Shown piece after piece: positions 34,935-46,100 of a DNA stretch of 64,000 nucleotides (position 1 is the first letter of the stretch; the number at the start of each line of letters is the position of its first letter). Source of the stretch: a virus (Duplodnaviria; Heunggongvirae; Uroviricota; Caudoviricetes); the IMG/VR virus record IMGVR_UViG_3300011399_000001, positions 1 to 64,000 of that record, one strand, 5' to 3'. Below the pieces are notes generated by a model. It searched no databases, was not told the DNA's origin, and saw only the letters and a program-made list of their open reading frames with translations. A program made the position numbers and the translations under genes.

Positions 34935-35397
34935 TTGGCGTAGTACTAGTAAAGAAAACTATAGAAAGTTCTGTAAAAAGAATCCCTCTATAAAAATATC
35001 TTTCGATGAATGGCAAAGTATTATATATGCATTCAATGAACTCTATAAAACATACATCCTAGAAACAGGAGAAAAAGCTAGATTTCCTGCTGGTTTTGGA
35101 GACTTTGCTATAAACAAGAAAAAAAGGAAGAAAATAGTAACTGATCCCACAGGCAAAGAACATATCAATCTTGCTATTGATTGGAAGAAAACCAAAGAAA
35201 AAGGAAGAAAGATATTCAACTTCAATTATCATACGGAAGGATATTCTTTCAGATGGTTGTGGTTCAAAGAGACTACCAGACTCAAAGATATAGACCTTTG
35301 GTGGTTTAAACCCACAAGAATTACCTCCAGACTTCTTACACACTATTTGAAAATTGATAACAAATACCAACATAGATACAGACAGTGGAAACTTTAA
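34918..35397 (+). CDS. hypothetical basic protein (159 aa)
   Basis: ORF track. Confidence 0.4.
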   Translation: MRVVVDWRSTSKENYRKFCKKNPSIKISFDEWQSIIYAFNELYKTYILETGEKARFPAGFGDFAINKKKRKKIVTDPTGKEHINLAIDWKKTKEKGRKIFNFNYHTEGYSFRWLWFKETTRLKDIDLWWFKPTRITSRLLTHYLKIDNKYQHRYRQWKL

Positions 35398-36040
35398 TAT
35401 GATTCAATACGACAAAGGAGATAAATTTGGGAATCTTACATTTATAGAAGAAGATTTTCATGAAAAAGAAGTAACAGGATTTCAAAAATATAGAAAAGCT
35501 GTTGTTGAGTGTTTTTGTGGTAGAAAGTTTATAACTAGAATTTCGGGTTTAAAAAATGGAAAAGTAAAATCTTGTGGATGTACAAGAAGAGATGGATTAT
35601 TGAAAAGAATTACAAGACACAATATGAGCTCTTCTCCAGAATATTCTATTTGGGAAGGAATGAAAGCTAGATGTTTAAATTCTAAAAATATATTTTATTA
35701 TAATTATGGAGGAAGAGGTATAAAAGTTTGTGACGAATGGATGGATTTTAAGAATTTTTTTAAAGACATGGGTTCTAAGCCAGGTTCTGAATACAGTATA
35801 GATAGAATAGATAATAATGGAAACTATGAAAAGAATAATTGTAGATGGACTATTAGAGAAATTCAAGATAGAAATAGAAGAAATAATGTATTTCTAAAAT
35901 ATAAAGGAGAAACATTTATATTAAGTGATTTAGCTAAAAAGTTTAATTTAAATCAACAAACCTTGAGAGAAAGATTAAATAAAGGAATATTATTGGAAGA
36001 AGCTTTAACAAAACAATATAAATACAATAAAAGAAAATGA
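35354..36040 (+). CDS. HNH homing endonuclease (228 aa)
   Basis: SIDRIDNNGNYEKNNCRWT matches the HNH_3/AP2-type motif (IDHID.N..NN...NLR..T); CFCGRKF...SCGC zinc-binding N-terminus. Confidence 0.6.
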   Translation: MITNTNIDTDSGNFNMIQYDKGDKFGNLTFIEEDFHEKEVTGFQKYRKAVVECFCGRKFITRISGLKNGKVKSCGCTRRDGLLKRITRHNMSSSPEYSIWEGMKARCLNSKNIFYYNYGGRGIKVCDEWMDFKNFFKDMGSKPGSEYSIDRIDNNGNYEKNNCRWTIREIQDRNRRNNVFLKYKGETFILSDLAKKFNLNQQTLRERLNKGILLEEALTKQYKYNKRK

Positions 36041-36975
36041 GCTATTACTATAAATATAATTTTATCTCTCCCGAAGGAGTATATGCAGTTGTGGCAGAAG
36101 AATTGAAGTCGTATTTAGATACTGGTGCGGTTGATCAATTACTTTGGCCAACATATTTAAACAAGTGTCTAGACAAGCTTGGAAAAGGAACATATTACAT
36201 TACAGAAGATATTTTAAACATTGAAGATTTTGTAGCAAGACTTCCTGATAACTTCTATGCTGTTAGAGAAGCTTGGCTTTGTACAGAAATATCAGGATTT
36301 CCATATCAAGCAGCTAATTCATTTTATTCTCAGGCTGCCTCTGAAAGTACAATACAGGTTTCTCCTGTTATTTCTGGAGGTACTCCATGTACAAATACAG
36401 AATGTACTAATGATAATTGTGATGGAGCAGAATGTATGCCTGTGTTAATACAAGCTGTATACAAAACTAATAATGAAATTAATGTAACTTATAAAAGAAC
36501 GTACCTCTTAAAACCAGGGAATATTTCTGTAAAAGGACATTGTGCTTTAGATTGTAAGAATTTTGGAGCTTCTTCCCCTGATAGCTTTGATATAAGGGAT
36601 AATAAATTTGTCACTAATTTCAGATGTGGAAAGGTGCATTTAGTGTTCTATGCCACAGAATATGACAAAAGTGAAAATCAGCTTATTCCTGATAATTATA
36701 GAATTAAAGAATATATAGAAGCTTTCATTAAATATAAAGTATTTGAAACTTTATGTAATCAAGTAAATGATGAAACGTTTAACCAGCTTCTACAGAAACT
36801 ACAATATTACAAGCAATTATGTGACGAAGCCTATATATTAGCAGATACAGAGATAAAGAAGCAGGATGCTTATACTAAATTCAGAAGAATACAACAGAAC
36901 CTAAATAGTCTTAATAGATACGAACTCCCAGAAGGTAGAGTTAGACGTATTTTTAGAAGAAACGGTACAAATTAA
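36037..36975 (+). CDS. tail/baseplate protein, unknown function (312 aa)
   Basis: ORF track; 4-nt overlap with the upstream gene. Confidence 0.5.
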   Translation: MSYYYKYNFISPEGVYAVVAEELKSYLDTGAVDQLLWPTYLNKCLDKLGKGTYYITEDILNIEDFVARLPDNFYAVREAWLCTEISGFPYQAANSFYSQAASESTIQVSPVISGGTPCTNTECTNDNCDGAECMPVLIQAVYKTNNEINVTYKRTYLLKPGNISVKGHCALDCKNFGASSPDSFDIRDNKFVTNFRCGKVHLVFYATEYDKSENQLIPDNYRIKEYIEAFIKYKVFETLCNQVNDETFNQLLQKLQYYKQLCDEAYILADTEIKKQDAYTKFRRIQQNLNSLNRYELPEGRVRRIFRRNGTN

Positions 36976-39900
36976 TGGCTGAACAAGAATCAAATATAAA
37001 GCAAGAGAATAACGTTGCTAGGATAGGTATGAATATGGATTCTTCTGTAAATCAAATACAGAAGGGACAGATTTCTTATGGACTAAATGCTGCCGTTGAA
37101 AACTTTGATGCTAATACAGCTTCTTATCAAAATGAACCTGGAAATGAGCTCTGTTTAGAATTACCAGAAGGGTATTCTTTACACGGTAGACATTTTATTC
37201 CTGAATTAAATAAGGTTATATTCTTTTTGGTTAACCCTACAACAGGTGGCTCTGAAATAGGGTATATGGACAACAATGACTGTATTTATAAAAAATATAT
37301 AAATGCAGACTGTTTAGGTTTTAATATCAATTTTCCAATACATAAAGTTGTACATAAGATAACTAATTGTACAACAGAGATATATTGGACAGATGCTCTT
37401 AAAAAAAGGAGATATTTGGACCTTAACAACCTTCCTTTAAAAATAAAGCCTGGAACAGATGTATGTGATGGAGAAACTATTGATGAAGTAGATTGTAACA
37501 AAATTAATGTACAGCCAAATTTCAAGATACCACAACTGACGTTAGTTGATTTTATAAATGGTGGAGCTTTTATTGCTGGAAGTGTACAATTTGCAATCCA
37601 ATATTCAGATGTAAACGGAAATCCTTACACTTCTTTTTATTCTGTTACCAACCCAACACCTATTGCTGATAATAAAATAACCTCTCCTGATTTTAACTAT
37701 CCTGTAGGAAAATCAGCAGTTATTGACATTACAAATATTGACATAAGTGGAATATTCCAATATTTCAATTTAGCTGTTATTAAGACAGTTAATAATATTC
37801 CTTCTGTAGACCTTGTAGGAACGTTTTTTATAGACGATAGTACAAAACAAGTTATATACAATGGTCAGAATCAGACAGCTATAAAACTTACAATTGCTGA
37901 TATATTTGAAAAAGCTCCTATTTATGATGTAGCTGATGATGTAACAGCAGTACAAGATGTGTTAGTATGGAAAGGACTTACCTCTATTGATAGAATTAAT
38001 TATCAACAGATTGCCAATAAAATCACTCTTCAATGGGAAACTTGGAGAATACCTAATACAGAAGACTATTCTGATGAACTGAATGCAACCAATCTTAGAG
38101 GTTATCCTAGAGATGAGATAGTACCTTTTGAAGTAGTATTCCTTCTAACAAATGGTAGACAAACGGACGGTTTTCATATTCCTGGAAGAGCTATAACACC
38201 AGCAGACCTTTCATTTGGTGTTGTTTCTTCAACTTCTCCTGATTTTATAGGAGAACCTGATGCTGATGGTACTAGTCCATATTGGAAGATATACAATATA
38301 GCCACTGTTTTAGGAACTGATAGTGCTTATACTCCTTATTCTGATTATAAAGGAAAATATCAATATGGTGATTTTTCTTATTGGGAATCTACAGAACTCT
38401 ACCCTTGTAATGATGATGTATGGGGAGAATTGGCAGGAAAACCAATTAGACATCATAAATTTCCTGATGTAAGAATATCTCCTATATTTGAAAATCCCAT
38501 AATAGAACTTAATGGAGATGGGACATATAAGAATTTAACAATTCAAAAGAACGCTATTTTTCCAATAGGAGTAAGAATAAATGCTCAACAAGTACAGTCT
38601 CTTATTATACAAAGCAATTTGACACAAGAGGAGAAAGATGCTATTGTAGGTTTTAAAATAGTAAGAGGGAACAGAGATGTAAACAAGTCTATTGTAGCTA
38701 AAGGTATTCTTAGGAATGTAGGAAAATATACAAGAGAGAATACAGAATATTATTTCCCTAACTATCCATATAACGATCTTAGAGAAGACCCTTTCTTATT
38801 AGCTCAATCGAATGCTTACAATTCAGAATGTAATACTTATGATATTACTGTAACAGCAGACGGTACTTATGAATATACTGATTGTTTTACAAATACAGTA
38901 GTAGGTACACCAATGACAACAGGAGATGTTATAAGAGTATGTTCTCTTACAACTCCTCTTGTAACCACAGGAACAGCTACAATTGCAGAGGTGGGTTTTG
39001 ATTCCTATAACTTGAGTGTACAAGGAGGTACTACGGTACTAGGAGTATTTATTCCTGATACAGTTTTATTTAAATATAAAGATGTAGACAATAATGATGC
39101 CTCTATTATATTAAAATCAAGAGAATCTGCAACAATACAAGTATTTCCTTCTACTACACCTACAGCTCCTGCTTTACCATTTTTTGATTTTGGTAGAGAA
39201 TATACTATAACACAGGTTAATTATTTAAGAAATGACGAATGCTACCCTGATAGATTGTCAGCTTTTGAAACAGAAGATAGTAAATATAGACATGTATTAA
39301 ATTCTCCTGAAACCTCCTTTGGACAACCGTTTCTTGGAGATGTATTAAAACTAGAGAGTGTTGTATTTGGTGCAGGAAAAGCACATTTTGTAGAAGTAAA
39401 GAAAAACGCATTATACAAACTTCTTACAAAAGAAGCTCAAGAAGACGCTCTTTTATCAAGCGAAAGAATTGCTGATATTACTGGTACTTTTAGTGCCACT
39501 GCTATGTTCACAGCATATCAAGCCTACCTTCAAATATACATAAATGGTATAACTAGAAGAAATTATGGGTGGAGTTACAATTCTATAGCAAGCTATGACT
39601 ATTATGCTGATATAGATAATGCCTTAGGAATTAAACAAAGAGTACTAGAAAGTGCTCAATATCTCATTCCTGGGGTGCAGTCTGTAGGAGACAGTATTAA
39701 TGTAAACAACTATCAAAGAGAATCTTCTGTATATTTGAAAACAACAGAAGAAACTACAGCTCTTCCTTTTCCTTCAGAAACTCCTTCTCTATTATTAGGT
39801 ACAGGAGTTAGTGTAGTAGAAGATAAAAGTAGATATATAAATTCTCAGATAAATTGTTCTACACCAGAGCAACAGTTTGATATATCAACCGTTTCTTATT

Positions 39901-41717
39901 ATGCTTCGTTAAAGAATATATTCCCTAATCAGTGGGGACAAATATATTCTTATGAAACTATAGATACAGGTTTTCAGGTGATATTTGATGATCAAGCATA
40001 TTTAACAGGAGCCTCTCCATACTACACCGTATTTGGAGGAGATACATTTATATGTAAATTTGCATTTAAAACAAAACTTCCTTTCTTTATAGACAATAGA
40101 GTGGGAGCTCCTGATGACAGTGACATATTTTATGATGAAATTGGTAATGTAGCCTACCCTGAATATTGGCATTCTGCTAGAAGTATATTATTTGATTATG
40201 ATGTAATAGCTAGTGGTACTCCTACATTAAAGAACATTATATCAATTAAAGCTCATTATTTGGATTGTCCAAATAACCAACTTCCTGCTCCAGATAACAC
40301 AACCATTCCTCCAGTAGTAAACCCTAATAGGACTTATTATGGGGGGAAAATGTATATGTTTGCTTATGGTATTCCTTCGTTCTACTGTGAATCTTCAGTG
40401 AATGTGGATCTTAGACAAGCTTTTAATAAAAAGGAGGGGGATTTCTGGCCACATGTTAGTACAGGAATTCCTGATGATTGGGTGCAGGAAAGTTTTGTTA
40501 CAATAAACCAGGATAATACATATTTTTATAATGTAACGTTCTCCAAGCAAAATAAGGAGAATTTCTTCTCCCATCTTCCAGTTGATTGGAGAGAACAATT
40601 ATGTTTTACGAATTTTCCATTTAGAGCTATTTCTTCTGAAAGACAACAAAGTTTTTCAGACAATAAAATAAATAGTTGGTTAATATACAAACCAATTTCA
40701 TTCTTTGATTTTCCTCAAAACTATGGGAAATTCACTTCTATTGATGGAATTGAGAATAGACATGTATTAGCTAGATTTGAGAATAAATCTCTTTTATATA
40801 ATGCCTTATACACCACACAAACTAATACAGGTGGTCAAGTGTATTTGGGACAGAGTTTATTTTCAAAAGATGTACCTCCTCTTGATTTTGCAGAAACAGA
40901 CCTTGGTTATGTAGGAAGTCAACATAAATTCCTTCTGAAAATACCACAAGGACAAATATCAGTAGATGCAAAAAGAGGACAAATATTCCTATTACAGGGA
41001 GATTCAGCAAAGGACCTCTCATCCTTTGGGTCAGGAATGAATAGGTTTTTGAAAGATCACCTTCCTTTTGAAATTCTAAGATATTTTCCAACAGTAAATA
41101 TTGATAACAATTTCAAAGATATAGGACTACATGGAGTATATGATATGAAGTTTAATAGAGTGATTATATCAAAACTTGATTATATTCCTCTAACAGATGA
41201 TGTCAAATATGACGATGTATTGAAGGAATTTTATATAGAAAGAGCATTCCCTCAGTTCCCTGTTACTACTTCAACTAGCACAACTAATGGAGAGGAAACA
41301 ACCACTACTACTACATCTACTACCACAACAATAGCTCCTGTTTTATTCAGAGAAATTGTTTATGTAACAGATAGAAACTATTTCTGTAACAAATCTTGGA
41401 CTCTTTCATTCAACTTCAACACTTTAAGTTGGGTGAGTTTCCATAGCTATATCCCTAATTTCTATATAGCAGAAAACAATTTCTTCTATTCAGGTTTAAA
41501 TGAGGGATGTGATTTAGAGGTATTAGCAGCAGAAATAATTCCTTCTACAACAACCACTTCTACTACAATTCCAGGATTTGATTGTGAATTGGAAGGAGAA
41601 TTTGAACTCTTATCATGTCAATTAGAAGGAGAAGCACAGCTAGTAATAGATTGTGAATTAGAAGGAGAAGCCTCAGAAATAACAAGTGTAACAACATCAA
41701 CATCAACAACAATTTAA
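36975..41717 (+). CDS. large tail protein (1580 aa) with Thr-rich linkers and C-terminal CELEGE tandem repeats
   Basis: Long ORF; internal TTSTSTTNGEETTTTTTSTTTTIAPV linker; C-terminal DCELEGE/SCQLEGE/DCELEGE repeats. Confidence 0.6.
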   Translation: MAEQESNIKQENNVARIGMNMDSSVNQIQKGQISYGLNAAVENFDANTASYQNEPGNELCLELPEGYSLHGRHFIPELNKVIFFLVNPTTGGSEIGYMDNNDCIYKKYINADCLGFNINFPIHKVVHKITNCTTEIYWTDALKKRRYLDLNNLPLKIKPGTDVCDGETIDEVDCNKINVQPNFKIPQLTLVDFINGGAFIAGSVQFAIQYSDVNGNPYTSFYSVTNPTPIADNKITSPDFNYPVGKSAVIDITNIDISGIFQYFNLAVIKTVNNIPSVDLVGTFFIDDSTKQVIYNGQNQTAIKLTIADIFEKAPIYDVADDVTAVQDVLVWKGLTSIDRINYQQIANKITLQWETWRIPNTEDYSDELNATNLRGYPRDEIVPFEVVFLLTNGRQTDGFHIPGRAITPADLSFGVVSSTSPDFIGEPDADGTSPYWKIYNIATVLGTDSAYTPYSDYKGKYQYGDFSYWESTELYPCNDDVWGELAGKPIRHHKFPDVRISPIFENPIIELNGDGTYKNLTIQKNAIFPIGVRINAQQVQSLIIQSNLTQEEKDAIVGFKIVRGNRDVNKSIVAKGILRNVGKYTRENTEYYFPNYPYNDLREDPFLLAQSNAYNSECNTYDITVTADGTYEYTDCFTNTVVGTPMTTGDVIRVCSLTTPLVTTGTATIAEVGFDSYNLSVQGGTTVLGVFIPDTVLFKYKDVDNNDASIILKSRESATIQVFPSTTPTAPALPFFDFGREYTITQVNYLRNDECYPDRLSAFETEDSKYRHVLNSPETSFGQPFLGDVLKLESVVFGAGKAHFVEVKKNALYKLLTKEAQEDALLSSERIADITGTFSATAMFTAYQAYLQIYINGITRRNYGWSYNSIASYDYYADIDNALGIKQRVLESAQYLIPGVQSVGDSINVNNYQRESSVYLKTTEETTALPFPSETPSLLLGTGVSVVEDKSRYINSQINCSTPEQQFDISTVSYYASLKNIFPNQWGQIYSYETIDTGFQVIFDDQAYLTGASPYYTVFGGDTFICKFAFKTKLPFFIDNRVGAPDDSDIFYDEIGNVAYPEYWHSARSILFDYDVIASGTPTLKNIISIKAHYLDCPNNQLPAPDNTTIPPVVNPNRTYYGGKMYMFAYGIPSFYCESSVNVDLRQAFNKKEGDFWPHVSTGIPDDWVQESFVTINQDNTYFYNVTFSKQNKENFFSHLPVDWREQLCFTNFPFRAISSERQQSFSDNKINSWLIYKPISFFDFPQNYGKFTSIDGIENRHVLARFENKSLLYNALYTTQTNTGGQVYLGQSLFSKDVPPLDFAETDLGYVGSQHKFLLKIPQGQISVDAKRGQIFLLQGDSAKDLSSFGSGMNRFLKDHLPFEILRYFPTVNIDNNFKDIGLHGVYDMKFNRVIISKLDYIPLTDDVKYDDVLKEFYIERAFPQFPVTTSTSTTNGEETTTTTTSTTTTIAPVLFREIVYVTDRNYFCNKSWTLSFNFNTLSWVSFHSYIPNFYIAENNFFYSGLNEGCDLEVLAAEIIPSTTTTSTTIPGFDCELEGEFELLSCQLEGEAQLVIDCELEGEASEITSVTTSTSTTI
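41578..41680 (+). repeat. three tandem copies of a 24-33 nt unit encoding (D/S)C(E/Q)LEGE at the 3' end of the 1580-aa gene
   Basis: gattgtgaattggaaggagaa / tcatgtcaattagaaggagaa / gattgtgaattagaaggagaa. Confidence 0.55.
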
Positions 41718-41719
41718 TT

Positions 41720-42253
41720 ATGGCACAAACAGTATTAATAACTTTAACAACAGCAGGGGCAGATACAGGTCCCTTTAATTTATATTCTAATGTAGATGGT
41801 TTTATTGCACCTTTTGAATCAAATGTTAGCAAAATAGACCTTGAAGCAGGATATACATCATTTCTTGTACCAGATGCAACCATTGTGATAAGGGTGCAAT
41901 CTATAGGTGCATTATGTAATAATTATATAGATTTGGTTATAGGAACCACAACATCTACTACTTCTACAAGTAGTACAAGTACAAGCTCTACAACTACTAC
42001 TACCACTACCCTGAATCCAGTAGATTATGACTTCTATCTTGCTGATCAATATAATTGTGATTGTGCATTAGAAGTAACAAATGTAACAGTGGCTTTCCCA
42101 ACAGGAACTTCTGTAACACTAAATCGTTATTATGCAACAGTGGCTCCATTGAACCTTAAATATAGAGTAATAGGACCTACATCTGCTGGAATAGCAGCTA
42201 TTTTAACTCTTCCTGGATATGTTATATGTGCTGACACTCCTTGTACAGCTTAA
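41720..42253 (+). CDS. tail protein (177 aa) with an internal poly-Thr/Ser linker
   Basis: TTTSTTSTSSTSTSSTTTTTTT separates two domains. Confidence 0.5.
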   Translation: MAQTVLITLTTAGADTGPFNLYSNVDGFIAPFESNVSKIDLEAGYTSFLVPDATIVIRVQSIGALCNNYIDLVIGTTTSTTSTSSTSTSSTTTTTTTLNPVDYDFYLADQYNCDCALEVTNVTVAFPTGTSVTLNRYYATVAPLNLKYRVIGPTSAGIAAILTLPGYVICADTPCTA

Positions 42254-43125
42254 TTATGAGAACGATAGTTATAAGATTAAAGAAAGCTGGAAAAAGAACT
42301 GATGTATTCTCCATTTCTGATGGAATGGGGAATATATTAATTGATGAAGTTAGTAAACAGGAACTCATTCAAGGAGTCTCGTTGTCTATAGCAGATAATG
42401 TTTCTGCGCTTGTAGTATCTTCTACAGGACTAAATTGCTGTTCTCTCTCTATAACTATCCCTATTACAACAATTACAAAACAAGAGCTTGCTGATTGGGA
42501 ATTTCAATCTGTCAACACATCCTCTGTTTGGAGACATTTAACAGACCCTACTTTATATAATAACTTCTATGGATGTATCCATCCTTATGTTTTAGAATAT
42601 CCTTTTGCATATCAATATTATGATGAAATTGTACAAAATGTAAAAGACTATACAAAGGTATATAAATATCTCCCTTCAATACATGGAGTATTTGATGACA
42701 CTAGAAGGATAGAAACGGATGTAGACTATTTCAATAAGTCGATATTATATAACGATCAACAATCTTCAGGTATTCTTACATTAGTTAGCAAGCCTGTTAA
42801 CAATATGAAGGAATATATGAAATATCCTATATTCAATACAGATAATAAATCTATTACATTTACGAAAAGTGATAATTTCTATCAATATAACACTTTTTGG
42901 AATATAGTGAAGAACAAAACCACCCCTCTATTTGTTTCCAGTTGTCAATCAATGTCTATTGATAAAGAAGTAAATGACGAGAATATGGATTATTCTACAA
43001 GAAGTTTTAGAAAAGATACTATAAGAGCCAAGGATTTAAAAGTGAGACAGATTCTTGACAACAGAAGTGATATACATTTAGTTTCACAATTCATCATAGC
43101 ACCAGCACAAATTTCATACAAATAA
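42241..43125 (+). CDS. tail protein, unknown function (294 aa)
   Basis: ORF track. Confidence 0.5.
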   Translation: MYSLIMRTIVIRLKKAGKRTDVFSISDGMGNILIDEVSKQELIQGVSLSIADNVSALVVSSTGLNCCSLSITIPITTITKQELADWEFQSVNTSSVWRHLTDPTLYNNFYGCIHPYVLEYPFAYQYYDEIVQNVKDYTKVYKYLPSIHGVFDDTRRIETDVDYFNKSILYNDQQSSGILTLVSKPVNNMKEYMKYPIFNTDNKSITFTKSDNFYQYNTFWNIVKNKTTPLFVSSCQSMSIDKEVNDENMDYSTRSFRKDTIRAKDLKVRQILDNRSDIHLVSQFIIAPAQISYK

Positions 43126-46100
43126 TGAAAAAGAAAAAAGCTCAAATGGGAATATTTGCAAGTGCAAATACATCAAATAAAATCCCTCTGATTAGCGAAG
43201 ACCCAAAACCTGTAAAAGAGCCTGTTTTTAAAACTAAAGCAGAATTTGATGCTTATTATTTAAATCAGTCTTTACAAAAACTGTCTCCTGAGGACAAGTT
43301 ATGGTATGATGATGCTGTAGCTGGAAGGGTGAAAAATGTTACTCCACAAGATATAATTGCTCTACGAGCTCCTACTCCTTTTCACGCTAAATTTAATATT
43401 AAGGGGAAGAAAGAACCTATGGGCAATGTATTAGGTAGAGCTTATGGGGTAATGCAGAAAGGTGGTATTATACAGGATAATATGGGACAACTAAAACATC
43501 CTGGAAAAATAACAAAAATCAACTCCCCAAATATAACAATGAAAGGCGTAGGTTTTCCTGTATTAGGAGTGTCTGATATAGGGGATACTAAAATGATGTT
43601 GCCAAATCAAGATTATACATTTGATGGAAATTCTGTTACAGAGTTTCCTTTAGCAAAAAGTGGTATTCATATCAATCCTAAAAACAAAGGAAAATTCAAT
43701 GCTCTTAAAAAGAAGACAGGAAAAAGCACAGAAGAACTTACACATAGCAAAAACCCATTAACAAGAAAAAGAGCTATATTTGCTCAAAATGCTAAAAAAT
43801 GGAATAAAGGGCAAATGGGACTACCTCCTATAGAAACAGATTGGGGAAGTGAAGATGTGTTTGCCCCAGGACAGTTTTCTGTAGAAGGACAATTGAATCA
43901 ATTTAATGCTACACTTCCAGAACAACAAGGATTTTTAGGAAAGATTGGAGAACAATTAGGAGGAGCACAAGGAATATATAATACAGCTACTTCTCTTATA
44001 GGAGGAATACAACAAATTGGACAGGATAAAGAAAATAGAGCTCAAGCTAAACAATTTTATAAATTAGCAAAACTGGTTAATAAAGCTGCTTCTTTAAAGC
44101 CTGAGAAAGTAAAACGTAAATATGTTCGTCCTGAAGATAATCTAGTACAGCCTAGAGAGTTATATTCTCCTTATGGTACAGGTACTAATTTCTTAAAAGA
44201 CGGAGGTAATTTACAATTTGGAGGGGTACTTCCGTTCTTTGAAGGAATAGGACCTGGAAGAAGTGGTAATTTAGGACAAATGTTAGGAAGTGCTATTGGT
44301 GGTGGGGGAGGAGTTCCTTCTGGTGCTGGACAAGTAGGTTCTACTATTGGAGGAGTTGCAGGTAGTATATTAGGTCCTGTTGGTGGAGCTGTAGGCTCTT
44401 TGTTGGGAGGTGCTATTGGGGGAATTATTGGTGGTAAAAACCAAAGAGAAACTGCAAGATTTCAAAGAAGAGGTAATGCACAGCTACAAAATGCTGCTTT
44501 TTCGCAAGGAACTAATGCTTTACATAACCAATATATAGGTTTTATGGAACATGGAGGTAATGTACAAATGGGAGGAGAATTAAAGACATATAATGGAGAA
44601 GCAGAACTTATATCTCATAACCCATACCTTCCAGATAATGGAGAAACTGTAATGTTTAAAGGAGCTTCCCATAAAGACGGTGGTATTGATATGAGATTTG
44701 GTAAAAACTCTGTAGAGGTAGAAGGAGGAGAACCTGCTGTAAAACTTGAAAATGGTGGAGATGCCGGACTAACAGTATTTGGTAATATGAAGATTCCTTC
44801 TTATGGAGTGACAGAATTACATGACAAAAATGCTAAAGGAAAGAAATTTAAGAATTACATCAAAGAACTTAGTGAAAATGAACATAAACAAAATAAAATC
44901 ATAAACAAATCAATGTTTGCAATAGACGATAATCCTTTAGCTAGTCCTTACGATAAGCTTAAAATGTCATCTAATGAAGCTATGTTAATTGGTGCTAATA
45001 TGAACTTGAAAGAAATTGCTAGGAAGAAAGAGGTGGCTTCTGGTATACAGACAGCCATCCTTGAGACAGCAGACGAATTTGGTTTAGATAGTGATAAACT
45101 TTCTAAGGGGAAAATTAAAAAAGCTAAAATGGGAGCAAGAATAGCCCAAGCAGGTGATTCTATTCCTTCTTCTATTTCGAGAACAGACATGCAGAAATGG
45201 ATTGATGCTGGATTTATGTTAGACCCAGAGAATCAAAATAGATTGTTTAGGACTACTACTACTCCAGGAAGAACAGAAACAAAATATTCTGGAGAATTCA
45301 AACCTGGAAGTGAAGAATTTCAAAGAGCTTTTGCACAAGCAAGAAAAGCCAAACTGAATGAATTTGATTTCAAGGGAAAGAAATATAATACAGATTTATA
45401 TAAAGGACGTACAAATAAAATCTCTTTCCCTGGAACTTCAAATACAGACTATATTGACATATATGACCCAGAATCAGTTATAGGTAAAATAGCAAATATA
45501 GACCCTATAGATTTAGGTAAAATACCATCTCCTTATCAAACTCCTCTGACTTCTCAAAAAACACAAGGTAAACAAAGAGGAGGATTTGATACTTTAGGAA
45601 TAGCTAACAGCTTGCTGCCTTATTTGAGACCAAGTAATCAGCTTCCCCTTGATCCTAATCAGCTCTCAGGAGAAATGTATGCTTTGGCTACAAACCAATT
45701 AGACCCTGTACAAGCACAGCTCTACCAGCCTCTATTGGAGAATGTAAGTGATATTTCCTTACAAGATCAATTGAATGCTAATCAGGCTGATTTCAATGCA
45801 ATACAACGTTCTGTAGGCAATAACCCTGCTGCACTGGCTTCATTGGCTGCACAAAAGTATGCTGCCAATACAAACGTTTTAGGAGAGCAATTCAGACTTA
45901 ATCAGGGGAATAGGATGAATGTATACAATAAGAACAGGGGTGTCTTAAATGACGCTACATTGAAGAATTTGGGCATTCTAGACCAGCAGTATGTAAGACA
46001 GAGTACAGCTAAGAGTAACACTAAAGCTACAGCTCAAGCTGCCCTCTCCTCTATTGCTGACAAAATAGCCAAAAACAAGCTGGAAAACAGGACTTTAGGG

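Noticed and set aside
41261-42010. Short periodic repeats (act/aca codon runs, CELEGE units) considered as a possible CRISPR-like array
   Set aside because: They are in frame within long ORFs and encode Thr/Ser tracts and peptide repeats. There is no repeat-spacer organisation and there are no cas genes.
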